Shown here: in pieces, positions 55,965 to 64,000 of the stretch
Layout of the letters: each line of letters opens with the position of its first letter
Numbering within the stretch: position 1 is the first letter of the stretch
Assembly: GCA_964573095.1 (NCBI GenBank)
Contig: CAZNIK010000001.1
Span: 121,004-185,003 of the forward strand
DNA: 64,000 nt
Origin: an uncultured Candidatus Saccharibacteria bacterium
GTDB lineage: Bacteria; Patescibacteriota; Saccharimonadia; Saccharimonadales; 2-12-FULL-41-12
Reading direction: 5' to 3'
Notes under the pieces: generated by a model
Told to the model about the DNA's origin: nothing
Database searches by the model: none
Seen by the model: the letters and a program-made list of their open reading frames with translations, nothing else
Program-made: the position numbers and the translations under genes

Positions 55965-56953
55965 GTTTGGTTTGATCTCAAAAGTTCTGTAGCGATTTTG
56001 ATGCACTTTTCTTGTAGCTCGTTAATATTAGGGGTATCTAGTAACTTGAAGCCGGCGGCATACTTATGTCCACCTCCATTAAAGTGCTCTGCGAGCTTAT
56101 CCGCAACCCCAAAGCCGTAGTTTGCTCTAATTTTCCCAGTAACTTTGCCACCGGGATATGACTTTAGGACAATCGCAATCTTCACTTCTTCAACCATCCT
56201 CATTTCATCAATTACGAGGGCGGCTGGATTGTATTGGTGGGAATATTTTTCAATCTCCTCCCACGGTATATGCACAAATGCGATCGCCCCATCCTCACTA
56301 TATGAAATACGCAACAATAACCGACCTTTATATTCCAAAATTTCTGGAGACTTTTTTTGCAGCGCTTTGCGCTTATCATCAAGTGCTGCAAGCGAAACAC
56401 CAGCGTCAACTAATTCAGCGATCATGCGAATTGTCTTAGAGGTCGTCGCTTCACTCATGAGCCCTAAGCTGTCAGACAGAACGGAGATTGCGAGCAGTTC
56501 GGACGTAGTCTTAGAGATTGGCCAATTGTTCTCTTTTGACAAAGAATATACTATCTCTCCAGTTGCCACTGCGGGTCGGACAATAATTTCCTCGGCAAAA
56601 TCTATGGTAGGTTCGGTTTGATGGTGGTCAATTATGGCGCACGGTTTTGACTTTAACCAAGCCAACTCCCCACTTTTAGATAACGACTCAAGTAAAATAA
56701 TCGCACTTGTATCAACCACAATTGACATGTCAAAGTTTCGTGGCAACCCATGGACTACTCGGTCCCAGCCGTCAATATATCGAAGGTAGCCTGGTACCTC
56801 GACTCCAGAATACATGATGACGTTCTTGCCGATATCTCCAAGCATACTTTCGAGCGCCAGTGCCGAGGCAAGACTATCGCCGTCAAGATTATCGGCTTGG
56901 ATTACTACAATTGTGGTTGATGCTTCAATTAAATTTTTTAGTGTCTGGCTCAT
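55961..56953 (-). CDS. DHH/DHHA1 family phosphoesterase (NrnA-like)
   Basis: DNLDGDSLASALAL, IIDHHQT and GGGHKYAAGF motifs. Confidence 0.85.
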   Translation of the reverse strand: MSQTLKNLIEASTTIVVIQADNLDGDSLASALALESMLGDIGKNVIMYSGVEVPGYLRYIDGWDRVVHGLPRNFDMSIVVDTSAIILLESLSKSGELAWLKSKPCAIIDHHQTEPTIDFAEEIIVRPAVATGEIVYSLSKENNWPISKTTSELLAISVLSDSLGLMSEATTSKTIRMIAELVDAGVSLAALDDKRKALQKKSPEILEYKGRLLLRISYSEDGAIAFVHIPWEEIEKYSHQYNPAALVIDEMRMVEEVKIAIVLKSYPGGKVTGKIRANYGFGVADKLAEHFNGGGHKYAAGFKLLDTPNINELQEKCIKIATELLRSNQT

Positions 56954-57558
56954 TATAAGGTTCTTCTACCCTCTAACGCTCGGCCCAAGGTAATTTGATC
57001 CGCGTACTCCAGATCTAGTCCTATCGGAAGGCCTTGAGCAAGCCTGGTTATGTTTGCAGATGAGTGTTCGAGCAGTTTTGCAATATGCAAGGCGGTAGAT
57101 TCCCCTTCAACACTAGCATTTGTCGCAATGATGACCTCAGAAACCTTATCTTCCTTGACTCGCAGCGAGAGCTCCCTAAGATGTAGTTGCTCGGGGCCAA
57201 CGCCATCGATAGGTGATATCAGCCCTCCGAGTACATGATAGGTGCCATCAAACTTGCCGGTTCTCTCTAGAGCGAGTATGTCAAACGGATCCTCGACAAC
57301 GGCTATCAGCTTCTTATTGCGCCGGGGATCTTCGTATAATGGAGATATGTCCAAATCAGCATCAATAAGCGCGAATGTTCTGGGGCAATACTTAACTTTG
57401 GTGTGTAAATCTTCAAGTGCCTTTGCAATCTGAAGCGACTTGCTCGCCGGTGCACGCAATAAATAGTAGGCATATCGTTCGGCGCTTCGAGGACCGACTC
57501 CAGGAAGAACGCCAAGCGCATCCATCGCCGACAGAAGTGCTTTGGGAAGTACACGCAT
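56953..57558 (-). CDS. recR: recombination protein RecR (zinc-finger cysteines absent)
   Basis: The N-terminal HhH LPGVGPRSAERYAYYLL, the Toprim region VVEDPFDILALERTGKFDGTYHVLGG, and ATNASVEGESTALHIAKLL. Confidence 0.9.
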   Translation of the reverse strand: MRVLPKALLSAMDALGVLPGVGPRSAERYAYYLLRAPASKSLQIAKALEDLHTKVKYCPRTFALIDADLDISPLYEDPRRNKKLIAVVEDPFDILALERTGKFDGTYHVLGGLISPIDGVGPEQLHLRELSLRVKEDKVSEVIIATNASVEGESTALHIAKLLEHSSANITRLAQGLPIGLDLEYADQITLGRALEGRRTL

Positions 57559-57572
57559 ATTAAAACAACTAC

Positions 57573-57869
57573 CTAAAGACCGAGATTACCAAGCATACCC
57601 ATCATGGGTTGCATTTTTTCGGCAGCGACTTTCTGGCTCTCAGAGATTGCTTGTTTAACCGCTTCCTCTACGTACTTTTCGGTTGGTCGCATGTCTTCAA
57701 GATCAACTCGGTCGGGATCAATATGGATTCGTTTGATTTTTTGATCAGCCGTAATTTCTACAATGACTGCCTCATCGCCTGCCGACACGGTGATTACTTG
57801 CTTCTGCAGCTCTTTCTGCATTTTTTTTACCTTCATTAACATCTTTGCTTGATCAAATTTACTCATCAC
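57573..57869 (-). CDS. ybaB: YbaB/EbfC family nucleoid-associated protein
   Basis: 98 aa. KMQKELQKQVITVSAGDEAVIVEITADQKIKRIHIDP is the YbaB pattern, next to recR. Confidence 0.88.
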   Translation of the reverse strand: MMSKFDQAKMLMKVKKMQKELQKQVITVSAGDEAVIVEITADQKIKRIHIDPDRVDLEDMRPTEKYVEEAVKQAISESQKVAAEKMQPMMGMLGNLGL

Positions 57870-57889
57870 TTCTCCTCTTTCAAGTCTTA

Positions 57890-59062
57890 TTATTGTACCA
57901 CTGATAGCGTTGATTGAGTCGTCTTAATGCTTGGCCAGGCGTCATAGTATCGAATTACGTGGTATCGAGCAGTAAGGAGTACCGCGGCTATGATAATTAC
58001 CAGTCCAATATTTCTTGCAATCGGGTTGCGTGGAAATACAACAAACCAGCTCTGCAGCATGTTTGCTATGCCATTGGCGGCAAATATATAGATAACCGGC
58101 ACAATGAGTCCTAGTGTTGCGATGCCAAGCGCGACAAGTAAGGATGACAATACTAGGTAGCCAACCAGTAGTCGCATACGCAACGGATGATGACCTCTTG
58201 TGTAGGCAATGAGTCCAAGCAAAAACATGGTTGCGGTAAATATATCTACTATCGGTGTACCCACAACCCAAGTGCCTGGTGTATTCGGACCGTTAATAAA
58301 TATATCGGCCGGGATAGTTATAAGATTCTTGCAAATCTGTAGAAGCGTCAAGTCGTTGGAGTATCCTGCCAGTGCCACAACCTGGTTTGGATATTTGAAA
58401 ACAGCAAAAAAAAGCGGAAGTAAAGGCCCAAAAAACATTAGTATGGTCGCTAGCTGCAAACGCGTGCCTACAAACCTCCATGCAAGCAAAAGGCGTTTTC
58501 TAAAGACAATTGCGGAAGCACCGACAAGTAAGCATACCCCGGGACTATAGAGTAAAAGCGCAACAAGGAACGCGGCAATAGGTAGTTTTTTGACATTTCT
58601 TTTTGATTTGAGCCAAGTGCCAACAAGTAAAAGAAGTGGGATTACTGCAAGATAAGCCACTTGTTGGTTGGCGTCGCGTGCATCGTGAAGCACATAACTT
58701 GAAGTAATAAACAGAAAACAACTAGCAAATGCGACCCGTTTGGTGTGCCACTTTGACAATACAGAAAATAGAGCTACCAAGCTAATAACAACAATCAGTA
58801 CCGATGAAGCTCGAAGTAACGTGACATTCCCTTCGTCTATTTTGTGTAATCCAAATTGGACAACTTTTTGTGGCAAAAATGCTACCTGTCCCAATAGTTG
58901 ATCCCGAGTACTAACTCCTATGATGTGTGCCCGCTCAGAATTAGTCGGCACAAGGCCGCCAAGCCTCGGCAAAAGGATGAGTCCGACAACCAACAAAGTC
59001 ATCAATACAGTCAAGACCACCACTCCGTATTGAGCGGCAAACTTCTTAAACTTTCGTATCAT
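57890..59062 (-). CDS. hypothetical polytopic membrane protein
   Basis: 390 aa with about 10 hydrophobic helices. It may be a GT-C-like or O-antigen-ligase-like fold, but no motif was confirmed. Confidence 0.5.
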   Translation of the reverse strand: MIRKFKKFAAQYGVVVLTVLMTLLVVGLILLPRLGGLVPTNSERAHIIGVSTRDQLLGQVAFLPQKVVQFGLHKIDEGNVTLLRASSVLIVVISLVALFSVLSKWHTKRVAFASCFLFITSSYVLHDARDANQQVAYLAVIPLLLLVGTWLKSKRNVKKLPIAAFLVALLLYSPGVCLLVGASAIVFRKRLLLAWRFVGTRLQLATILMFFGPLLPLFFAVFKYPNQVVALAGYSNDLTLLQICKNLITIPADIFINGPNTPGTWVVGTPIVDIFTATMFLLGLIAYTRGHHPLRMRLLVGYLVLSSLLVALGIATLGLIVPVIYIFAANGIANMLQSWFVVFPRNPIARNIGLVIIIAAVLLTARYHVIRYYDAWPSIKTTQSTLSVVQ

Positions 59063-59096
59063 ATAGCTGATAGTTTAACAGAAACCAAAAAACTGT

Positions 59097-60461
59097 TTAA
59101 GCATCAAATGGTGTTGTGTGCTTTGTTTCCAGGCTCCTAAATCGTTGCTTTTCACGGTCAAAATACAGCTCGACGGCGCCGGTTGGACCATTTCGATGCT
59201 TCTTGATAAATATGTCCGTAATATTTTTCCTCTGCGTATCGGGGTTATAGTACTCCTCGCGGTACAAAAAGGCCACGACGTCGGCGTCTTGCTCGATTGA
59301 GCCAGATTCTCTTAGATCGGCCAGTTGGGGTATTTGTGGGTTTCTGCTTTCAACCGATCTACTCAACTGACTTAAAGCAATTAATGGTACGTTTAGCTCT
59401 CTTGCTATACCTTTTAGCCCGCGAGAGATTTCTGATATTTCTTGAACTCTGTTTCCTTCGCTACCGTAGCGGGCGCCACCGCTCATTAATTGAAGATAAT
59501 CGACAATAATAAGACCAATTGGCCGCTGGTGAGCCTCTCGGCGGGCTTTTGTTCGCATGTCAGCTACCGTTATTCCAGGACTATCATCAATATAAATTGG
59601 TGCTTCACTTAGGGTGCCCATGGCGTGCGCAATTTTTTCAAAATCCGAATCGGTGAGATTCCCCGTTCGAAGGCTCCAGGCATCAACGCCAGATTCCATC
59701 GCAAGAAGCCTATCAACCAATTGCTCTTTGCTCATTTCAAGACTGAATAACAGTACCGATTGCCCAGATTTGATAGAGATGTTATGAGCCAAGTTAAGCG
59801 AAAAGGCCGTTTTGCCCATACTCGGACGAGAGGCAATAATAAACAGGTCGCTCCTTTGTAAACCAGCGAGCACATTATCAAGATCCTTAAACCCAGTGGG
59901 AATGCCTCGAATAGTGCCCTTATCTTTATGGAGCTCATCAAGACGTTCAAAGCTTTCATTCAATATTTTTTCAAGGCTTACTACGTCTTGACGAATATGG
60001 CGGTTGCTGACATCAAAAAGTCTTGCCTCCGCTTGCTCAATAATAGATTGAAGGCTCTCAGCTTCGTCGTAGCCGATCTTGGTGATGTCGCGACTGGCTT
60101 TTATAAGCCTCCGGCGCATTGCCTTGGTTGCAACAATATCAGCGTATTCATTTACGTGAGAGGCCGTGGGAACGAAGTTAGTAAGCTCGGTTAAATATGC
60201 GGCGCCCCCGACCGACTCAAGCAAGTTGTCATTCTTTAGCTGATCACTTAGTGTAAGTACGTCGATCGGGCTGTGTTTATTGTAGAGCTTATGTATGGCG
60301 GCATAGATGTGGGCGTGTTTTGGGTCGTAAAAATCATCCTCTGAAACCGTATCGGCAACTTTTACGATTGCGTCGGCGTCAATCAGAAGTGCGCCGAGCA
60401 GACTCGCTTCTGCCTCGATATTTTGAGGTGGTACTTTCGCGTTATCGCTTACATCGTCCAT
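59097..60461 (-). CDS. dnaB: replicative DNA helicase DnaB
   Basis: PPQNIEAEASLLGALL, Walker A ASRPSMGKTAF and IIVDYLQLM. Confidence 0.96.
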   Translation of the reverse strand: MDDVSDNAKVPPQNIEAEASLLGALLIDADAIVKVADTVSEDDFYDPKHAHIYAAIHKLYNKHSPIDVLTLSDQLKNDNLLESVGGAAYLTELTNFVPTASHVNEYADIVATKAMRRRLIKASRDITKIGYDEAESLQSIIEQAEARLFDVSNRHIRQDVVSLEKILNESFERLDELHKDKGTIRGIPTGFKDLDNVLAGLQRSDLFIIASRPSMGKTAFSLNLAHNISIKSGQSVLLFSLEMSKEQLVDRLLAMESGVDAWSLRTGNLTDSDFEKIAHAMGTLSEAPIYIDDSPGITVADMRTKARREAHQRPIGLIIVDYLQLMSGGARYGSEGNRVQEISEISRGLKGIARELNVPLIALSQLSRSVESRNPQIPQLADLRESGSIEQDADVVAFLYREEYYNPDTQRKNITDIFIKKHRNGPTGAVELYFDREKQRFRSLETKHTTPFDA

Positions 60462-60465
60462 GTAG

Positions 60466-61935
60466 TTAAGATTCTAACATCTCTGACGCACCAAATATAT
60501 TGGTAATGGTTGATATTTCGGGGGCGCTCGAGTCCTCAATTTGATGACTATTCTGGGGACTAGCCGACGGCGTGGCTGAATTATCAAGCACAACTTCTAT
60601 TTTTATATGTGTATATCCAAGCTCGCCAAGCACAGATTTAATGATTTCCTTACTCTTGGCGTCTTCCATTTTTTTGTAATGAAATGGGAATCGAAACGCC
60701 ATACGCAGTGTCGTGTCAGTACACTCGGCGCGTGCCATTCTGGCGACGCCGTATAGCGTATTGTGTTTTGCCTTCAGCTGGTTCAGCACTCGCTCCCAAA
60801 TTTCATTATTGCCTGGCAGCGCGTTCTGAGCTGACGTATTTTTTACGGGCCTGGGTTTAGTGGTCGCAAGGGGTTCTTGAATATTTTCAATAGGCACGTG
60901 ATTTTCGACTCTTGTGTCTTGTGTAGCTTGAGGGCTTGGAGGATTGTGTGGTTTTGGGTCCTTGGTTGAAGTATTTTCAATACACGCGCTAAACAAAACT
61001 AACTCCAGCTTTGCTGAGGGCATGTACGCGCTCGGTACCTCTAAAAGGTCGCTGAGGACGTCTAGGGCTTGCTCTGTCTTTAGGATCGCTTGATTATCGC
61101 GTAGAAGGCCATTTCTAATAGCGTGACTGATCTGAGACGCAAGGATAATATCGCTGACACCAAACACTTTTGCGTCAGTGAGCGTTTCGCTAAGGCCACG
61201 TAAATCCCCGTTGGCGATAGATAGCAGTAGACCGTTGAGTACGTCGTCAGACGCGAGTCCCATCATGCGCTCAACATCTTTTACCGTCACACTGTCGTTC
61301 ACGTTTTTTACTTGATCCAGTAACGAAATGGCATCTCTCACGCTGCCGCCACTATGTTCAGAAATTAGACGCAGAGCATCATCGTCAATTGAAAGCTTCT
61401 CTCTTTTCGCAATGTCAGCCAGATGTTTCTGAATTTGTTCGGCTTGAACGGGTTTGAACGAAAACCTTACACAACGACTGACGATGGTTTCGGGAAGCTT
61501 GCCCACTTCTGTGGTGGCGAGGATAAAGATTACGTGGGCTGGCGGCTCTTCTAATGTTTTTAACAGGGCATTAAAGGCTTCTTTAGTTAGCATATGCACC
61601 TCGTCGACTATATAAACTTTGTACGCTGCCGATACCGGGGAAATATTCACTTTATCCCTCAGTGATCGTATCTCCTCAATACGTCGATTCGAAGCTGCAT
61701 CAATTTCTATTATGTCAAGATGTTGAACGTCTTCGGTGTAGTCGAGTTTATTCACGCCAAACGCAAGCAGTCGAGCAACGCTCGTCTTTCCTACCCCTCG
61801 TGGGCCCGTGAGAAGATAGGCGTGCGAAATAGAGCCTTTTTCTAGACTATTTTTTAACGTTGTCGTAACGTGTTCTTGGCCCAGTATCTCGTCAAATGAT
61901 TTTGACCTATACCTGCGATATAGTGCTTTCCCCAT
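60466..61935 (-). CDS. dnaX: DNA polymerase III subunit gamma/tau
   Basis: LYRRYRSKSFDEILGQEHV, GPRGVGKTS, IVDEVHMLT and LKTLEEPP. Confidence 0.95.
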   Translation of the reverse strand: MGKALYRRYRSKSFDEILGQEHVTTTLKNSLEKGSISHAYLLTGPRGVGKTSVARLLAFGVNKLDYTEDVQHLDIIEIDAASNRRIEEIRSLRDKVNISPVSAAYKVYIVDEVHMLTKEAFNALLKTLEEPPAHVIFILATTEVGKLPETIVSRCVRFSFKPVQAEQIQKHLADIAKREKLSIDDDALRLISEHSGGSVRDAISLLDQVKNVNDSVTVKDVERMMGLASDDVLNGLLLSIANGDLRGLSETLTDAKVFGVSDIILASQISHAIRNGLLRDNQAILKTEQALDVLSDLLEVPSAYMPSAKLELVLFSACIENTSTKDPKPHNPPSPQATQDTRVENHVPIENIQEPLATTKPRPVKNTSAQNALPGNNEIWERVLNQLKAKHNTLYGVARMARAECTDTTLRMAFRFPFHYKKMEDAKSKEIIKSVLGELGYTHIKIEVVLDNSATPSASPQNSHQIEDSSAPEISTITNIFGASEMLES

Positions 61936-62041
61936 TCAGCTAGTCATTATAGTGACTAGCTTACTCAAGAGCGAGTGTATTAATTACGTCAAGCGGCAGC
62001 TGCTTGGAAACATCACAGGTTCTTTGCCGCGGGAATGTGCG

Positions 62042-62551
62042 CTAGAGTGCCGCTTCTAGAGCTGCCCACTCGGCATCAACTTCGTCTTGGGGAATATTGA
62101 CGCTCACTTGATCACCAGGTTTTGCCTTGAAGTAAGTAACACTCGCAAGCAGCACCCGATACTTCTTATCGCCCACATGTACAAAGTAGTGCCCATCAAC
62201 AAGCTCTAATGAGCCAACAACCTGCTTACGAGGTATTGGACCAATCTGCTTATATAAAAACGTGCCATCATCAGCAATTGTCAGCTTTAAAATATCGCCT
62301 TGCACGAGTTTTGACTTGCTGGCGTAGTTGGCAGGAACAGGATATGTTTTACTGTCACTCCCGACCATATTTTGGCCGTCAAACACACCCTCGATCACTT
62401 TACCGATGTTCTCTTCTTTTGCGATCGTAGTCGCCACGGGGTCGTCGCCTAAAAGACTCATCAATAACTCTTTTGCAGCCGCAAGAGAAGTCTCTGCTTC
62501 TGCAATTAGAGATCTAAGTCGCTTTACCTGTTTATCTGGAACATCTGCCAT
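62042..62551 (-). CDS. hypothetical protein
   Basis: 169 aa. An N-terminal helix, then a beta-rich region (GDILKLTIADDGTFLYKQIGP..). No family recognised. Confidence 0.5.
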   Translation of the reverse strand: MADVPDKQVKRLRSLIAEAETSLAAAKELLMSLLGDDPVATTIAKEENIGKVIEGVFDGQNMVGSDSKTYPVPANYASKSKLVQGDILKLTIADDGTFLYKQIGPIPRKQVVGSLELVDGHYFVHVGDKKYRVLLASVTYFKAKPGDQVSVNIPQDEVDAEWAALEAAL

Positions 62552-62639
62552 TTGTATCGTCTCTGTTGAAGTGTTTGTTGTACATTACACTTATCGCAAG
62601 CGTACCATGAAAAATATAAGAAGTAAATATTAGCTGTGG

Positions 62640-62674
62640 ATAAAGAACCCACCAGGGTTACTTCTGGTGGGTTC
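62640..62674 (-). terminator. intrinsic terminator of the rplJ-rplL operon
   Basis: On the minus strand, GAACCCACCAG (62674-62664) pairs with CTGGTGGGTTC (62655-62645), an 11-bp perfect stem followed by TTTAT. Confidence 0.75.
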
Positions 62675-62706
62675 ATTCGTAGAAACGTAATCTAGATCCA
62701 ACTAGC

Positions 62707-63117
62707 TTAGGTAAGCTCTACTGTGGCTCCTGCCTCTTCGAGGGCTTTCTTGGCAGCCTCAGCCTCTTCCTTTGGTGCCTTCTCCTTAATTGTTCCGGGG
62801 GCGCCATCAACTAAAGCCTTCGCTTCGCCGAGGCCCAAGCCCGTAATATCCTTTACAGCTTTGATGACTGCAACCTTTTGGGTTCCAGGGTCCTTAAGTA
62901 CGACATCATATTCGCTCTTTGCTTCCTCGGCGGGCGCATCACCCCCACCAGCTGGTGCCGCAGCAACTGCTACAGCTGGAGCGGCTGCACTTACACCCCA
63001 ATATTCTTCTAGAAATTTAACAAATTTGCTAATCTCAATGGCGCTCAGCTTATCGAGCTCAGCCACAAGCTTTTCAAATTCTTTTGGTACAGTTACCTTC
63101 TCTTCTTTATCAGACAT
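62707..63117 (-). CDS. rplL: 50S ribosomal protein L7/L12
   Basis: The start at ATG 63117 (MSDKEEK..) follows AAAGGAGAAG; the ORF-track start at 63153 overlaps rplJ. The Ala-rich hinge and the C-terminal [22 protein letters not shown] are diagnostic. Confidence 0.95.
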   Translation of the reverse strand: MSDKEEKVTVPKEFEKLVAELDKLSAIEISKFVKFLEEYWGVSAAAPAVAVAAAPAGGGDAPAEEAKSEYDVVLKDPGTQKVAVIKAVKDITGLGLGEAKALVDGAPGTIKEKAPKEEAEAAKKALEEAGATVELT

Positions 63118-63130
63118 ACTTCTTCTCCTT

Positions 63131-63658
63131 TTATAAACTTTCTGCTCTCGCATTTAGGACATTTAATACGCCCCGCACATTACCGTTCAGCACATTGATA
63201 AACCCACTTAGCGGGGCCGCAATGGTACCAACCAACTGCGCTCGTAGCTGATCCTTGCTTGGTAGATTTGCGAGCGTTGTTACGTCCTCTGCCGACATAA
63301 ATGATCCGTCCGCAGCGTACGCACCTACAAACTTGATGTTTGGGTTCGTTTTTGCAAACGCAGCGAGTACTTGCGCCGGTGCAACTTCATCATGCTCATT
63401 GAACACATAGAGTAGTTGGCCGCTCAGCGCTGAGACGTCTGCGTCCTTAAAGACATCATTGCTTGAGAGGGCTTGCTTTACCAGTCTGTTCTTGACAACT
63501 TTGACTGTCGTAGCCTGTTCTCTCGCAGCTGCTCTTAGGCTTTGCATAGCCTTTACGCTGGTGCCTTGATACTCCGCAACAACTGTTAGCTTCGATGTCG
63601 CCAACAATGCGCTGACTTCGCCTACAACTTCTTGTTTTTTTACTTTTGCTAAAGCCAT
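63131..63658 (-). CDS. rplJ: 50S ribosomal protein L10
   Basis: 175 aa. [22 protein letters not shown] and the position upstream of rplL support the call. Confidence 0.93.
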   Translation of the reverse strand: MALAKVKKQEVVGEVSALLATSKLTVVAEYQGTSVKAMQSLRAAAREQATTVKVVKNRLVKQALSSNDVFKDADVSALSGQLLYVFNEHDEVAPAQVLAAFAKTNPNIKFVGAYAADGSFMSAEDVTTLANLPSKDQLRAQLVGTIAAPLSGFINVLNGNVRGVLNVLNARAESL

Positions 63659-63710
63659 ATTTTGACCTTTATTACATAGTTACATTAATTCCAGAAACTG
63701 TATCGACCAT

Positions 63711-63739
63711 AAAAAAAGTCCCTGGATGAAACCAAAGAC
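63711..63739 (-). terminator. attenuator-type hairpin plus U7 in the rplJ leader
   Basis: On the minus strand, GTCTTTGG (63739-63732) pairs with CCAGGGAC (63725-63718) across a TTTCAT loop (including two G-U pairs), then TTTTTTT (63717-63711). It lies 52 nt upstream of the rplJ start. Confidence 0.5.
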
Positions 63740-64000
63740 CAATATAAGCACGCTTGCTAAATATTTGCTCCTCGGTAGCATTCTTAATCTCGCTTTTCGA
63801 GACGCTACTGTCTTCGGTAACTAGTGACTTATTTTATCAGAATACGACGAACAGAGCAACTACTCTAGTGGCGCGAGCATCGCGTATCTATCCGGCGAGA
63901 AGATTCCAGAAATATTTAGTGACATATCGCCGAGTTTTGTGGCTACTTCTTGCTCACGACTGCCGTTATGTGTAGCGTCAAGGTCGGCTGGCGCCCCTCC

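Noticed and set aside
60669-60675. A7 run in dnaX as a programmed frameshift site producing gamma
   Set aside because: The run lies near the C-terminus (around residue 420 of 489) in the segment HYKKMEDAK, not at the domain III/IV boundary. No downstream stem-loop is evident. It is unlikely to be a tau/gamma frameshift site.
63754-64000. 73-aa plus-strand ORF, and a possible rplA 3' end at the window edge
   Set aside because: The plus-strand ORF lies in the expected rplJ leader and looks non-coding. The minus-strand frames entering from 64000 end at about 63943 or 63864, but their translations do not resemble the L1 C-terminus. I cannot support a partial CDS here.

Overview
Gene-dense bacterial chromosomal window with about 75 credible protein genes and 2 intact tRNAs. 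I found no rRNA, CRISPR array, transposase or integrase. Housekeeping backbone: smpB; a complete F1Fo ATP synthase operon (atpI-like, atpB-E-F-H-A-G, one extra unknown ORF, atpD-C); acetate kinase plus phosphoketolase; trehalase; aquaporin; a UvrD-type helicase fused to a PD-(D/E)XK nuclease; rarA; cysS; a DHH phosphoesterase; recR; ybaB; dnaB; dnaX; rplJ-rplL. Envelope and accessory content: GT2 and GT4 glycosyltransferases, two AI-2E transporters, a CE4 deacetylase with tandem CBM-like modules, an M15 peptidase, several alpha/beta hydrolases, a sortase locus, and a TetR/SDR/AKR redox cluster downstream of tRNA-Gln. Phosphoketolase plus acetate kinase, a sortase, many small membrane proteins and several leaderless-looking starts fit a reduced-genome, Gram-positive-type organism such as a Saccharibacteria/CPR-like lineage; this is inference only. 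Main findings: (1) a 62-aa stand-alone LPNTG sorting-signal mini-protein bracketed by terminator-like hairpins, directly upstream of a sortase and a processive GT2; (2) an exact 51-nt duplication of the tRNA-Gln 5' part followed by about 140 nt of highly structured sequence, then the intact tRNA-Gln; (3) a two-gene cassette (HEPN-like RNxxxxH protein plus DUF2384-like protein) in a decayed accessory patch next to tRNA-Asn, punctuated by a 23-nt repeat; (4) an unknown 155-aa ORF translationally coupled inside the ATP synthase operon between atpG and atpD; (5) a PaaX/Cas2-like wHTH gene flanked by two copies of a 40-bp three-part dyad element. All functional calls rest on motif recognition by eye; no database search was possible.
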